Origin: an uncultured Verrucomicrobiae bacterium
GTDB lineage: Bacteria > Verrucomicrobiota > Verrucomicrobiia > Palsa-1439
Direction of reading: 5' to 3'
Length of the DNA stretch: 64,000 nt
Assembly: GCA_963812605.1 (NCBI GenBank)
Contig: CAWEWF010000006.1
Location: 224,001 to 288,000, forward strand
Position 1 is the stretch's first letter, and every line of letters starts with the position of its first letter. The notes under the pieces are model-generated. The model did no database searches, was not told where the DNA came from, and saw only the letters and a program-made list of their open reading frames with translations. The translations under genes and the position numbers were made by a program. Positions 61,804 through 64,000 of the stretch are shown one piece after another.

Positions 61804-62384
61804 GACTTCTTTCCCTCGATGATTTCGATCACTTCCGCCAAGGTCTCGATAATATACGTCGCGTCCTTCGCCCAATCGGGCGCCGCCTCGCCGTTCGTCA
61901 GCATCGCGCTGGGCGCGCCCGCGTTCTTCGCGCAGAGCACGTCCCACTTGTAATCGCCGACCATCAGCACCTCACCCTGTTTTGCGCCCCAACGCCGCGC
62001 GATCTCCCAGATCGGCTCGGGCGCGGGCTTGTGCGGCCCGTCCTCCCTTGTGACAGTGATGTCGAACTTCAGGTTCAATTTCTGGCACACACCGTCCACC
62101 GACCGCCGCGTGTTCCGCGTCAGCAACGCCGTCGGCATCTCGCGCCGCGCCAGCTCGTCCAACAACTCCCGCGCCCCGTGGTTCAACTTCGCCTCCGCCA
62201 CGCCCGCGTCCTCGAACTTCGTCATGATCGCCTGCACCCGCGCGTGTTCCACGCCGGTCGCCGTCGCCAAATAATCCAGCATGTCGATGTCGCCGATGGC
62301 CGCCTCGTCCCGGATCTTCACAAAATCGAAGTACGGCGCCGTGATCGTGCCATCCATATCAAATATAACGCCCTTGATCTTCAT
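61800..62384 (-). CDS. HAD family hydrolase
   Basis: FDMDGT, LTRN, KPAP, MVGD. Confidence 0.92.
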   Translation of the reverse strand: MKIKGVIFDMDGTITAPYFDFVKIRDEAAIGDIDMLDYLATATGVEHARVQAIMTKFEDAGVAEAKLNHGARELLDELARREMPTALLTRNTRRSVDGVCQKLNLKFDITVTREDGPHKPAPEPIWEIARRWGAKQGEVLMVGDYKWDVLCAKNAGAPSAMLTNGEAAPDWAKDATYIIETLAEVIEIIEGKKS

Positions 62385-62444
62385 CGGAACCGCGATGAAA
62401 CCATACCTCGCCCGGAATTCCAATCCCGAACAAGGCCGCCCGTT

Positions 62445-62737
62445 GTAGCAGCGGTCGTATGACCGTCGCGCCTGACGCCCCCGAATTGTAGGGCAAGCGG
62501 CCCGCTTGCCGCCGTTCTTTCTTTGGAGTGCTTGCGACTCGTCGCAGCCTTGCCTCTCCCCCAGAAGGTGGGAGGGACGTTACCGTCGCGATGTCCAGTA
62601 CGAATCCCCTTGCCCGCGCCGCTTCCGCCCTTTCCGCACACTCTGTGTCTCTGTGTGAACTTGTTTACCGCCCCCGTTGAACGGCCCGCCCCGAATCCAT
62701 TTCGGGGTTGAGAGTTTAGCGTTGAATGTTGAACGTT
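62445..62737. repeat. Co-oriented mixed REP-like array plus short heptamer tandem repeat
   Basis: Feet GTAG 62445, GTAG 62488, GGAG 62525, GTGG 62568; GTTGAGA/GTTTAGC/GTTGAAT/GTTGAAC at 62707-62734. Confidence 0.75.
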
Positions 62738-62820
62738 CGCTCCTTTCTGCTACATTTCCCACGCGTTCGGCCAACCGGCCCGCGTTGGCGTGCGGGACCC
62801 GGCCAAGAAAAGGAGCCAAC

Positions 62821-63735
62821 ATGTCCATTCGACCCGTCCACAAAGTCATCAAATCCAAGCCCACCATGGAAGGCGCGGGCGTTCACCTCCGCCGCGCGTT
62901 CGGCTTCGGCAATACCACCGACTTCGATCCCTTCCTGTTGTTGGATGATTTCCGCAACGACATCCCCGCCGATTACCTCGCTGGCTTCCCCTGGCATCCC
63001 CATCGTGGCATCGAAACCATCACCTACGTCCTCGCCGGCAACGTCGAGCATGCCGACAGCATCGGCAACCACGGTTCCATCGAAGCGGGCGACATCCAGT
63101 GGATGACCGCCGGCCGCGGCATCATCCACCAGGAAATGCCCAAGGGCGACCAGTCCGGCCGCATGCACGGCTTTCAGTTGTGGGCGAATTTGCCCTCCTC
63201 GCTCAAGATGACCGCGCCCCATTACCAGGAGGTCAAAGCGCCCGAAATCGCCAGCGTCACCGAGGACGACGGCACGCAGGCCCGCATCATCTGCGGCACG
63301 TTCTGGGGGAAAAAAGGGCCTGTCACCGGCATCGCCGCCGACCCGATCTACCTCAACGTCACCGTCCCGCCCGGCAAACGCAAACGCCTGCCCGTCGACA
63401 CCTCCCGCAACGCCTTCGCCTACGTCTTCGCCGGCTCCGGGAAATTCTGCAACGCCTCCGGCCCCCTCGCCGTCCCCACCGAAAGCGTCAACTGGCTCGA
63501 CACCGCCCCGCCCGCCGAAGCCGACGACCGCAGCTTAATCCTCTTCGACAGCGGCGACGAAGTAGTAGTCCAAGCCGGCGACCAAGGCATCCGCTTTCTG
63601 TTGGTTTCCGGCAAACCCCTAAAAGAGCCGGTCGCCTGGTACGGCCCCATCGTCATGAACACCCAGGAACAACTCCGGAAGGCATTTGATCAATTAAACG
63701 AAGGGACCTTCTTCGAATCAGAGTCTCCGAAGTAG
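62821..63735 (+). CDS. Pirin family protein
   Basis: DPFLLLD, HPHRGIETITY, WMTAGRGIIHQE, GPIVMNT; AAGGAG SD. Confidence 0.95.
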   Translation: MSIRPVHKVIKSKPTMEGAGVHLRRAFGFGNTTDFDPFLLLDDFRNDIPADYLAGFPWHPHRGIETITYVLAGNVEHADSIGNHGSIEAGDIQWMTAGRGIIHQEMPKGDQSGRMHGFQLWANLPSSLKMTAPHYQEVKAPEIASVTEDDGTQARIICGTFWGKKGPVTGIAADPIYLNVTVPPGKRKRLPVDTSRNAFAYVFAGSGKFCNASGPLAVPTESVNWLDTAPPAEADDRSLILFDSGDEVVVQAGDQGIRFLLVSGKPLKEPVAWYGPIVMNTQEQLRKAFDQLNEGTFFESESPK

Positions 63736-63966
63736 AACGGGCGTCCCGCCCGTTTAGCCCAATCCGAGTTGAACAGGCGTCCCGCCTGTTTATCACTCAA
63801 TTCCCCGGTGGCACAGGCGTCCCTGCCTGTGTAGATCGGTTTCACCCTCCGGTCGTGCATTGTTCGCAGTCGGTAGGGCGCCGTGGCCCACTGCGCCGCT
63901 TCTTCCTCATTGGAGGGCCACGACTCCGAACGGGGCGGAGCCTGTCCTGAGCGAGCCGAAGGATCT
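63732..63966. repeat. Co-oriented mixed REP-like array
   Basis: Feet at 63732, 63768, 63808, 63831, 63873, 63912; first GTAG supplies the pirin stop. Confidence 0.75.
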
Positions 63967-64000
63967 GGCCGCATTGACCTACCACGCTCAAAAGCTGTCA

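Noticed and set aside
1-64000. tRNA, rRNA, transposase, integrase or prophage genes
   Set aside because: None recognised by eye in the window

Overview
High-GC bacterial DNA, most likely from a Verrucomicrobiota (PVC) genome. Evidence for this: the PVC small basic protein at 59104-59256, a GloVer-repeat protein, H-X9-DG pilin-like genes and ECF sigma factors with long C-terminal extensions. The backbone is housekeeping (yraN-rnhB-rplS-trmD-KH-rpsP-ffh, murA-prmC-prfA-rpmE, rpoN, ispH, glgP, folD, rluB, cutA). It also carries a uronic-acid carbohydrate cluster, a ygeY / xanthine-dehydrogenase-family locus, a wzm-wzt polysaccharide cluster and an ArsR-SRPBCC operon. Many genes, including normally essential prfA and ispH, carry single-base frameshifts that look like long-read indel errors. 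The most unusual signals are non-genic. (1) Small toxin-antitoxin-like cassettes sit between direct repeats of functional host sequence (a triplicated bidirectional promoter/operator, a synonymously recoded copy of the ygeY 3' end, a 12-bp repeat in the ffh promoter region), with no integrase or transposase in the window. (2) REP-like palindromes of many families form co-oriented mixed arrays and also sit in frame inside ffh, prmC (twice) and the 2Fe-2S subunit gene. (3) An AAACGAACCC inverted-repeat element occurs twice with a near-constant-length but unrelated spacer. (4) Many promoters appear leaderless. All calls come from reading the sequence; no searches were run.
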